Below are positions 25,778 through 58,346 of a stretch of 64,000 nucleotides of DNA, piece by piece (the stretch's first letter is position 1; each line of letters opens with the position of its first letter). A model generated the notes under the pieces. The model did no database searches. It saw only the letters and a program-made list of their open reading frames with translations, and had not been told where the DNA came from. The translations under genes were made by a program, and so were the position numbers. The DNA is from Octopus vulgaris (lineage: Eukaryota), in contig OX597828.1 of the NCBI GenBank assembly GCA_951406725.2, forward strand, positions 58,156,001-58,220,000, in the 5' to 3' direction.

Positions 25778-26359
25778 CGGTGTTTACAAATAACACGGGA
25801 AAATAAATAAACAGTTACCAGGGTAGCAAAAATTCACACAAGTATCAAGGATGTAACAGCCTACTTATAAAGGTAGAAACTCCAGGTTTAGGTGAAATGT
25901 TTTGTATGATATAGATAAATAAATAAATGGAGTTAACGCAGGTGTTATTCAAATTCTTTTACTTCTGACATATGTTTCGAAGACAACATTGGCATTACTT
26001 CAGAAGGAATAAAATGGTGTAAAACAATGCAATCTTCTCATCAAGGAAAGAAAGAAACCAAACACATCAATAAGACATTTTAACAGAATGTAATGACTTC
26101 TCTTTCTACAAACTACCTTTGACGTTATATCTACTAATGGTTTTTTAAAAGAAAACTTGCTCGTGTTCCCTTCATCCTTATACGCAGTCATCACATTCTG
26201 TTAAAATGTCTCATTGATGTGTTTGGTTTCTTTCTTTCCCTGATGAGAAGATTGCATTGTTTTACACCATCTTATTCCTTCTGTCTTCGAAACATATGTC
26301 AAAAGTAAAAGAATTTGAATAACACCTGTGTTTAACTCCATTTATTTATTTATCTATAT
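25778..26359 (-). mobile_element. Penelope-like fold-back element with hammerhead motif in both arms
   Basis: Inverted arms 25909-26098 / 26186-26359; CTGATGA-GAAGA..TCTTC-GAAA-CATATG-TC at 26240-26300; related copy at 841-1210. Confidence 0.6.
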
Positions 26360-26862
26360 TATAATAATAATAATAATAATAATAATAAATGTGGCCTTTT
26401 AAAGCCTAGCCAGGCCCATGGGCCCGGTTTCCTGGTTTCAATGGCGTATGTGTTCCCCAGCTGGACGGGACGCCAGTCCATCGCAGCATTACTCCTTTTT
26501 GCCAACTGAGTGGACTTGAGCAACGTGAAATGAAGTGTTTTGCTCAAGAACACAACACGTCGCCTGGTCCAGGAATCGAAACCACAATCTTACAATCATG
26601 ATGCTGACACCCTAACCACTAAGCTCCGTGCCTCCACACACACATGTATATATATATATATATTTGTATTTGCATTATAACTGAACCAAACAAAACCAAG
26701 TTTATTGATTGAGGGGCCTTTAGAAAAGTCACCCAATGAGACACATCTGCACCAAAGGATGTACCACAACCAGTCATCCAGAATCTCACCCACAAGGGAC
26801 CAATGCAAGGTGAGTTAAAACGATCATTATGATTAATAAAGAATCTCGTGAATTCCATGGTT

Positions 26863-26884
26863 GGTTCGAATCCCACTTCTGCCA
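26863..26884 (+). pseudogene. tRNA-Leu-like 3' fragment (T-arm plus acceptor strand); inverted copy at ~27098-27119
   Basis: GGTTCGAATCCCACTTCTGCCA followed by ATAATATTTT; no 5' half of a tRNA is visible. Confidence 0.5.
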
Positions 26885-27122
26885 ATAATATTTTCAGCAC
26901 AGGCATTGGCAGGGTGGTTAAAAAGTTTGCTTCCCACCCACATGGTTCTGAGATCATTCTCCTTATATGGCACCTTGGTCGAGTGTCTTCAACTTGAGCT
27001 CTGGTTCAACCAAAGTTAAGCAGATTTGATAGACAGAAGCAGAAAGAACTCTGTTGTGTTTTTAACCATACTGCCATGCCTGTGGCTAAAATATTATTGG
27101 CAGCAGTGGGATTCAAACCAAT

Positions 27123-28170
27123 CAATTCAATGTTGCTCTTCTGAACAACAGTGGAATTGATGAAGGAAGTACATATCCAAGAGTGTGACTGTTGGTCATT
27201 TTGTTTTGGGGTATTTCTTTTTGCTTTCGTGTTTTTTTGGTTGTGAATGTGTTTGTAAAAATGGGTTTTCTTCTGATAAATGTGTTGATTTGTTTTTTAA
27301 TTGGTGCTGTGATGGATTTTTTACCATCATATCTTAGGGCCTTCAATTTGGGCTAACCACTGTTTGCTTCAGATTCAGTTTTTCTCTTATCCCTGACAAA
27401 GGCCTTTTGGTGCAACGTCAATGAGGTCTTTGCTTTTGGGATGCCCAAGCGAGAGGAAAGAGGTTGATGTGAGGTAGTAGTTTTGTCCACACCTTGAGGA
27501 GTTGGTAGTGACGATGAAAAGTTTCATGCATTCTCCACTGCGGGGAATAAGACTTTGAGGTGACTCGTATTCCCACACACAAAGCACTTCATTTCTTTTC
27601 CCTTTTATATAAACAGGTATCTGTTTGCATTCCCTGAAACAGAAGAAAAATCAGGAATGCGATTTATTTCCTCTGGGGAACTACAATCTGGAATTCCAGT
27701 CCTACAGAGTTGTTGGGTGGGTTTCACCTCCACCATATCCCTATGCTCTTCCAAAATGGCTAAAACTCTCGCCAGATCATGGTGAACCCGCATGTTCTTG
27801 AATTCGAGTCAACCTTTTACCCATGTAATGGGGAATCATCACAAAGGCCTGGGACGTGCAAATTATAGTTGCCATTCTTCTGGCTTCTTGTTCACTGCTG
27901 CATACAACAGTTACCATCCCAGACTGCTTACCTTTGCATAGATGTAGCAAAGAGGGCCACACATTTTGGAGGCATTTTTCAGTCTCTGCCAGAGTAGGAA
28001 ATTTAAGTTTCCTCTCCTCGCAAGAAACACATTTGTAGACAATTGTTTATCGTTCAGAGGGGTCGCTTTCCACCGCACATAAGACCTGGTTGCAAAACGT
28101 CGCTTTTGTATTGCAGTGATTTAGTTTTCAAATCTTGAACTGAATGGACGGTCCATTAGCTAACTGACCT
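27123..28170 (-). mobile_element. Highly decayed RLE-type (R2/R4/NeSL/HERO-like) non-LTR retrotransposon 3' fragment
   Basis: Minus-strand remnants in the expected order: Cys-rich knuckle-like segment, HHDLARVL (RHD-like), RIPD (PD), EVLCVWE (ELTVPWE-like); several frameshifts. Confidence 0.5.
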
Positions 28171-29647
28171 CGAATAAAATAAAGCATTATTATGGTTCTT
28201 TATTCTATCGTTGCTGCTGCTGCTGCTGTTTTCTCACACAGTTACTATTGATAACTGCTTTGTTCTTTCCGCTGTTGTTATCGTTTTCAATCTTGTTCAT
28301 GCTGCTGTTTTCTATCTTCTTCCTGTTATTGTTGATACAGTTGCTATTATTGCTGTCTCTATCTTTTGTGTTGTTGCTGTTGAGCGTAGCAGTCTTCGTC
28401 CGTAGTGGGAGAAGTCCGAAACGTGGTCCTTTGCTATTCATAAGACCCACAGAAGAGAAAGCAGGTCAACCCCCGACACCGAGAGCATCGACGGATGGAT
28501 GAATGCGCATCTAGGCTCAGCAGTTGCGTAGGAAGTCGGGGACAAGAAACAGGAAGAAAGAGTGAAAGTTGGAGCGAAAGAGTACAACAGGGGTCGCCAC
28601 CACCCCCTTCCGGAGCCTCGTAGAGCTTTAGGTGTTTTGCTCAATAAACACACACAACGTCCAGTTTAGGAATCGAAACCGCGATCCTCTGACCGCGAGT
28701 CCGCTGCCCTAACCATTGGGCCATTGCGCCTCCACTGCTGCAGTTGCTGTTCACATTGTTGTTACTGCTGTTGTCATTGCCTTTGTTGTTGTTTTCAGTC
28801 TTTGTTGGAACTGTGGCACATGTTACTACTGTCATATCAACAAGAGGAAATTCTATTTCTTATTTCTTTATTGCCCACTAGGGGCTAAAACATAAAGGGG
28901 ACAAACAAGGATAGACAAACGGATTAAGTGGATTAGATCGACCCCAGTGTGTAACTGGTATTTAATTTATCAACCTCGAAAGGATGAAAGGCAAAGTCAA
29001 CCTCGGTGGAATTTGAACTCAGAACGTAATGGCAGACGAAATACCTATTTCTTTACTACCCACAAGGGGATAAACACAGAGAGGACAAACGGATTAAGTC
29101 GAATATATCAACCCCAGTGCGTAACTGGTACTTAATTTATCGACCCTGAAAGGATGAAGAGCAAAGTCGACTTTGGCAGAATTTGAACTCAGAACATAAA
29201 GACAGACGAAATACCGCTAAGCATTTCGCCCAGTGTGCTAACGTTTCTGCCAGCTCCTTACCGCCTTCTCTTTCTCTTTGGCAAGAAATCAATTTTAAAC
29301 TCAGCCATGGCTGCATTCAATGTTACAGCAATGTCAACAGAACACTGCTTGCTGTCGATTATTATGACTTTCTAACATTTTTTTTTTAAAGTGGAGAAAT
29401 AAATGAATTCTTGTCTTCAAAAAAATCATTACTGAGTTACACTCCCGAAAAGTGAGGGGGGGGAGTGCAATTACACAAAAATGTTACCACTGCAATCCAG
29501 GCAAGGCAAGCAAGACAATAATTTTAAAATATATGACTGAACGGGCTGCAACCAGCTGAAACATTTGATTAAACACTTACAAATCACAGAGCTCCAACTT
29601 TGTATGTCTTCACAGTATAGCAGCCATTATAATAATAATAATAATAA

Positions 29648-30006
29648 TAATAAGAGCAGTCAGAGAGTGCAAACCTCCGCCAAGGCAACACCAATGTCCT
29701 CTCAACGATTAGCCAGAGATGCTTTTTAAAATGAGAAAATCTGAAATAAACTTGACTGCTCTCACAAACAAGAATAGTAAAAATGAACCTGACTGCTCTC
29801 AAAATTTAAGTAAAAAAACAGGAAAAATTATCCAGAATCCATGTCTGGTACCAGATCGAATCCAAAATCTAATCAGTTTGTGCCAGTCACGAGGCCAAAC
29901 ATCCCCTGAAAGTTTCATCTGAATCCATCCAGCAGTTCTTGAGATATCTTGTCCACGGACAAACAAACAAGACTGAAAACAATACCTCCACCAAGGCGAA
30001 GGTAAT
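29648..30006. mobile_element. Helentron/HINE-like non-autonomous element inserted in an (AAT)n tract
   Basis: Subterminal ACCTCCGCCAAGG motif recurs near both ends (29673, 29984); flanked by AAT repeats. Confidence 0.5.
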
Positions 30007-32599
30007 AATAATAATAATAATAATAACAACAATAATATCAATTTTTATTTTTACATAGGAATGACACTCCATATTTTTAGGTGATGGGAGAATGAGAATA
30101 ACAACATGTATGCCTTTGCCATAGGCATTTTGCAATGTAATTAAAATGGTACCAACAAGAAATTGAAACCAGAATGCAAGTTCGGCTCACCAAGAACTTA
30201 CTACCACATCACACCATGATAGTTACTAACAATAATAAAAAAATTTATTTCAAATTCCCCTGAGGTAATTGTATTATAAGAGCTAATACTGATTAAATCA
30301 ACACACGCCCTCAACATATCATCTATACATCTCTCATTAAATTCTCACAATCACACTTGCTTCCCCAGAGGAATGAAAAAAAAAAAAAATGTAAGCTGGC
30401 CTAAATGAGACTTAAACTTAGAACAATATCCTTGTCATCTCTGAGCAGGTTAAATAGCAGCGATCTTTTACCTTTCTTTTTGTGTGTGCGTTGGTCTGAA
30501 ATATTCACTGAACAACAAATTACTTAACTGACACTGTATATAATATTTCTAGTCCAGTAGTTTACTGTAGTGGTCATATCTACCATTATTGTGGCAATAA
30601 TAATAACAACAACAATAATAATAATAATAATAATAGTTTCAAATTTTGGGGAGAGGAAAAGTCAATGACATCAACTCCAGTTTTCAACTGGTACTTATTT
30701 TAATGACCCCAAAAGGAGGAAAAACAAGGTCAAACCTCAGAGGAATTTGAACCCAGAATATAAAACTAGAGGAAATGCCACTAAGTGCCCAGCGTGCTAA
30801 CGAATCTGCCAGCTCATCACTTTGATGATAATAATAACCTTTTCTACTAAAGGCACAAAGCCTGAAATTTTGAGTGGGAGGGGACTAATCAATTACATCG
30901 ACCCCAGGGTTTCACTGGTACTTAATTCATAAACCCCAAAAAGATGAAAGAAGGCAAAGTCAATCTGAGCAGAATTTGAACTCAGAACTTAAAGATGGAC
31001 AAAATGCCATCAAGCATTTTGCCTGGCATGCTGCTAACAATTCTGCCAAATTTTAGCACAAGTCCTGCAATTTCAGGGGAGGAGGTAACTCAATTAAATC
31101 AACCCCAGTGCTCAACTGGTATTTATGCCAGCTCAATAATAATAATTTCTAACACAGGCACAAAGCCACAAATATCAACCCCAGTATTTGACTGGCACCT
31201 TATCTTGTTGGCCCCAGGAGGATGAACATCACAGTTAATTTCGGTGGGATTTGAACTTGGAATTTTTGCAATGAATATGATGGATAGATGTCCCAAATGA
31301 TTTGATCACTGGGTTACCAAAGGAAGTTTTCAACTTATGTTGCATCCAAAATAAGTCAGCTTTGTACAGTCCATTCTTCTTTGAGCTATCCTCATGATAG
31401 AATTTAAGCCTCACACTTAAAAGCTAACCAAACTCGGGCAAATTGTTGCATTCAGCTCCAGCTTAGGCCATTTGGAGTTAAATATATTTATCAAAGACAC
31501 AGTACAAGTGACAAGTTAGAAACCATAGAATTTTCAATCACCAAACTGACATCATTGCTGACCCAGGCAGCTGGAGCAGCAGTAGATGAAATTTTTCAGT
31601 TTATTAAGCGGGAAGGATTGTATCTGGATATAAATTCACACCACAAAAGTTACTGCCCCTATACACAATAACTGCTAATAAACATTCAATACACTAATCA
31701 TCATCATCATTTAACGTCCGCTTTCCATGCTAGCATGGGTTGGACGATTTGACTGAGGTCTGGCGAACCAGACTCCAATCTGATCTGGCAGAGTTTCTAC
31801 AGCTCGATGCCCTTCCTAACGCCAACCACTCCAAGAAGACCACAATGCTGTTAATTATGTCTAAAAGCAGTAGACTTTTCACTAGCACAAGGTAATAAAA
31901 GGGTGGTTTTTCTAGCCATTATTAACATTCAGTATACAGGCCTGTACTGTGTGTATTTGCATAAAGAGTAAATCCAACGGACTTCCACACAGTTTCCACT
32001 TGTTTGATTTCATTCGCAAGACATGAGTCCATCCAAGCCTGACACTCATCCAAGATGTCACATACTGGTATTGAACCAGAGACTTCATGATTGTGAAACA
32101 AACTTCTTAACTATTCGGTCATGTTTATTATGTCCTCTACCTGTATTTCAAACAGGGGATTAGACTAAGGATACTGGTGTCAAGGAAATAATCAAACCTC
32201 TTAGAATTTGATACGTAGATAATCCAGTTGACCAAACTACTGGAATGCTGGTACACATGTCTGTGGAATACTCAATCACTTAAGATGCTAATTCAAATGA
32301 TCAAATAACTGAGATATTCATTGTTGGAAATGATAGAGACTCAGTAACTGACTTTCAGTTGTATGCACAGGCTTGAGTACCTATGCGTATTTTATGCATC
32401 TAAGATGAAGCAGAGTTCAGAGAATCATAGATCGAAACCTGGGTTATGCTATAGCAATAGAGGCGTGTACACACATACACACAGTACCTTCCTAAGTTTA
32501 TAAGGTACCTAACTATTTGAAACTTACTGAGAAAGCTCCAGCATCATTCTAAACAAATACAATCAACCCAAATCAATATCAATGCTATTATGGCCAATA

Positions 32600-32761
32600 T
32601 ATATATATATATGTTTCTCTCCTTGTTGTTTCTGTGTCCCTTTCTGTAGAAGAGCATAGGCTCGAAACGTAAAAGACTTTTTCTATTCCTGAGCGTTATA
32701 CTAAAACATCTGTTTGTTTTGTACACCACCTGTCTTCGTCTTTTGTTTTTTCGTAAACTCT

Positions 32762-32768
<7 letters not shown>
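32600..32768 (+). mobile_element. Short repeat with minimal hammerhead-like motif (second copy 24660-24810, minus strand)
   Basis: CTTT-CTGTAGA-A-GAGC-ATAG-GCTC-GAAA-CG-TA-AAAG at 32640-32675; homologous copy at 24745-24780. Confidence 0.55.
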
Positions 32769-32804
<36 letters not shown>

Positions 32805-33357
32805 AACAGATGATAAAGATAGACATGTATATAATACAGACATATATTACATATACATTCCTACGGGTGACTTAGATAAAGTACTTAAAAGTAACTCTGA
32901 GAGTAAATAATAATTTTTAATCCATAATCATTAATCCAACAAAATACATTCTGTTTGACCCATGGTTCATTGGGAACTAAGGAGCAACATTTAGGAAGAG
33001 CTAATTTAATGAGATCTTCCTAAATTTTGTTCCTTAGTCCTCGATGAGCCATTGGCAAAAGTATATTTTGTTGGCCTAATGATCCTCGATTAAATATTTC
33101 TATATTTTATATATATATATATATATATATGATTTATATTTTGAGCAACAATCAATAACCCAAAATGATAAAATATTTATTTAGCAATTAGTTTTTTTGG
33201 TTTTGATTTAATGCTTTCCATAGACTCACCAATGGCTGCGACAGAGTTTGCAGTCAGTCAACATTACAAGTCGATGATTTCTGCTTCCATTTTTGAATGT
33301 TACAAAAATTACACAACTAAGTGCCAAACAAAACACTACAATAGATTATTATTATTA

Positions 33358-33388
<31 letters not shown>

Positions 33389-34300
33389 CATTATTATTAT
33401 CATTATTATTATTATTATCATCATTATTATTATTATGTATATTTCTACTGCTACTGGCTTAATTGCAAGTTTGTTACTCCTAGATAACCTAATGTAACTG
33501 TATTTTGAACTTCATACCACGGCACACACTGGCAGAATCACCAACTACAGAACTTCTTTTAAGGATTTTAAACATCGCTGCATGTTATGATCTAATGTCT
33601 GACTCTTGAATATAAACTTATGTATCTTCACAAATATTGTTCACATAATCTTCTCTACAACAAAATATTTATCACATCTTGTTCAAATTCCTTAATTACA
33701 ACCCTGAATGATTTTAAATAAGATGAGCAGATGGATCAAGACAAACAAAAGAGTTAATGTAATAATAATTTAAATATTCCTCACAGACTTCAGAAAATAA
33801 AAGATTCCCACAATATCTTAAAATTATTCTGGTTTCATGGAGGGGAGATGGGTATTTTCTTTATTTATTTGTGTTTTTTGTTAAATAAGCTTATTCAAAC
33901 AGCCTTTGTAAAAGACAAGTTCTGTTAATATAGTGGAGACTTGGAAGCTGTACATGTCATCATTTAAATAGTAGAAATAACAAAGACTCACTAAATCAAA
34001 TCAAGAAATATTTACATCAAAAATGTTAAATAAAAACTTCCAGTAGTCTATAACATGTTTTGGTAGAGATTTTTATCTCTGGTCACGATTTTAATAAAAT
34101 CCATTCCTCATTTGATTCTCTTCAAATTACCCTTCAACATTATTAGTAGTTCATTTATTTGTTTCTGATGCAATGTCCAAGCATCAAACCCTGTATTGCG
34201 AAACAGGGAGGAAATGAAAGAGATAAACTACCAGCACCTGTGATCACTGTTGCTTTAGAAGTCTCAAACAAGACAGAACATTATTTCAAACAAGTATGTG

Positions 34301-34333
<33 letters not shown>

Positions 34334-34515
34334 TGAGAGAGAAGGGGGGTAGCAAGACAGACAGACAGAAAGAGAGAGAAGAAGAAAGAAAGAGCAGTAA
34401 AGAAGTATACTAAGAGATCAAAAAGTGACTCGTCTTACTTTGGAAAAGTAAAATGAAGAAACATTTACAAAGGAAACCATGGAAACAGTAACATTACCAT
34501 CATGAATATTTCTTA

Positions 34516-55336
<20,821 letters not shown>

Positions 55337-56711
55337 TGCATGACATAGCAAATTCCAATATTAACACTGCCAAAAATACAAAAAAAAAAGATTCAAACAT
55401 TATAACCAATATACTAAAATGAGATTTTTTTTTTTTTTAGAATGGCATATCTCAAAGCACATACATGAAGAACATGCAAATATTGAGAAGAAAAACTCTT
55501 TTGGATTGAAAAATGTCGACGTTTTCTTATCCAAAAAGGTTTTTCAACCCAATTTAGTCAAATCATATTGTTTACAGGTCTGTGTATGTGCTTCAAGGTA
55601 CAACATTCCAAAATAGAATTATTTCACGTTCTCTCAAAAGTTTATAAGAAAAATTTTATTGAAATGAGAATTTAAATATTTCAAACCAAATTTTTAGTAT
55701 TAAACGATGAACATGAATGAGAATCATGGAAGTAGCTCTTATAGAAAGAGGTTTTATATCTTTTGATTTAAACTCAGTCTAAATAATGTTTGTTTGTTTT
55801 ATAAATATATTACAAGGGGAAAAAATTAAAACTATTAGTTCTATAGAAAGAAACGTAACATTTTGTAAAAGTTTTCTATTCAGTTTTGCCAATTTAGAAA
55901 ACTCGAAACTGCTACGAAGAAGAGTTATTTCCCTTGTACTGTTGTTGGGGACGAAGTCAAAACCGAGTCTTTTGTCTCGAAGAGCAGAGGAAAAAAACGA
56001 CTAAAATAACCATATGGCGATATTAGTTTTTCTCACACACACACCTATGTCTGAATACAGATATATGTGTGTGTATGGCTGTGTATATTACGCACCATAT
56101 ATATATATATACACACACACACACACCTAGCTAATATGAACCATTTATGATATGTGTACAGAGAGGAAACAGGCAAAGATAGAACGAATTATATCGGAAC
56201 ATAGAATCTAAAACAATCAAAACACCGGCTACTATCTAACAGAAGAAAGAAAAAACTTGTAAACATTATACAGGCTTTTATTTATTTATTATTATTGATA
56301 AGTCTAGTAAAAAAATATATATATATAATCAAAATAATTCGTTCAGTTTGTAAAATACATTAACAGCTATCCTAGTCCGAGCGGACACATGAACGAACAC
56401 TGCTCACTCGCACAGTTGTTACGAAATAGTTCTGTAAGGACCCAGAAGGATTGTTGTATAAAGCCTTCGTCCCACCCACAACCGTTTTCCTAAACTACAT
56501 ACTTTGTCCATCCCCGCACGTCCTATAAACATTTTAGTAATGCGTTGTATGTATACAAGAATGGATTGATGTGTAATTGCCTTAATTATTATAAATAATT
56601 AAATTTCAGAAACTATGCTAATTGAATTAGAATTACGAAATAAATCAAGTATTTGAACTGTAAATTCCAAGCAAATATTTTCTTTGGTGCCTGTATTTTC
56701 TTATGTGTGTG

Positions 56712-56755
<44 letters not shown>

Positions 56756-56916
56756 AACTAACTTTCACTAACCAATTATAGAGTATTAAGTAAATTATAT
56801 TAATTAAATAAACTTAGAAAAATGATATATTTTGTTTTCGGTATAAAAAAGAAATGACATTTTTTATTTCAAATGGAAAAGGTAGACTTAAGTGTGTTGT
56901 TGAGAAACAATGTGTA

Positions 56917-56978
<62 letters not shown>

Positions 56979-58253
56979 ACAACGACGTCTATGCTATTAT
57001 TATTGGAATGAAAGACGAAATTAATGCTATTTTTTAAAAGGTGTTTGGCTGCGTTCCCGAGTTCAAAAGTGAACCCTTCCAACAAACACACAAGTCCCCA
57101 TATGAGGAGGAGAAAACACATCGCCATGGAGAAGACGCTAATAACTTCCTGCGCAAATCTCCTGCAAAGTATCCCTGATTGTTATAATCAGTAAGTTTAC
57201 TTGTTGGCTTAAACTTGGAAGAAAAAAAACAATAACAATAAATTAGGCAAATATAATCTCTTTACAACTAAAAAAAAAATCTTTTTTTCATTTTTAAACA
57301 TATTTCGAGGTGAAATAAAGTGTGTGTGTGTGTGTGTAAATGTTTATATAGTATTGTGCGATTATATGTATATAGTGTATGTGTGTATGTATTGCAAAAA
57401 AAAACTCGGAGTAGTAACTCTATTATGTGTATTGAGCACTTTTAGCATTCGTTCGTACTCCCCTTATGTATAAGTACATCAAACACACACATATACACGC
57501 GTTAATTATAAGAAAGTGTGCTCAATTTCGGAATTTCATTATAATATAGAAGTTATATATAACTTGCAGTTCGGTTTGTCAAGTAACCAAACGTGTGTGT
57601 GTGTGTGTGTGTGTAAGAAGGTGATGTAGTGAGATGGAAGATGAGGTGTGGTGGGGAAGGAAGGAGACTTGGTCAGGAAAAGCGAAGCAAATAAGATGAA
57701 ATAAGAAAATATATATAAAAAGGAAGGCAGAAGGGGGGGGGACGAAATCTGTTATAAGTCAGATACACATTACAAACGAGAGAGAGAAAGAGAGCAACAG
57801 ATATATAGAGTTTCTTTCGTCATTATTAGTGAGAGGGAAATAGAAGAAGCAAGGCTGATGGGAGATGGTGACTAGAAGGAAAGTTTGTGGGGAGAATGAG
57901 GGAGGAATGAAAGGTGATCCGGTAACCAAAATATTTACATTTCTGGAAGAAAGAACATAACTGAAAAGATTCCCTGGTAATATGACACATAAAATTGATT
58001 ATTTCATTTTAATGAAAAATCGAAATAATCGTACTGTAATTCACGGTACGATCCTAAAGTCCTCTGAGGAGAAGAAACTAGGAATGTGTTTTGTGTGCAG
58101 GGGATCACACACAGACACACACACTTGAAGAAACGGTTCTTCGCCGAGTTTAATGCTCTGGACTCGCTGAATGCCCCACGATGACGCCCCTACATCTCCA
58201 TTAGAATTTCTCAAGAAACACTGGATATATGTCTATGCCTGTGTGCTTATAGA

Positions 58254-58346
<93 letters not shown>

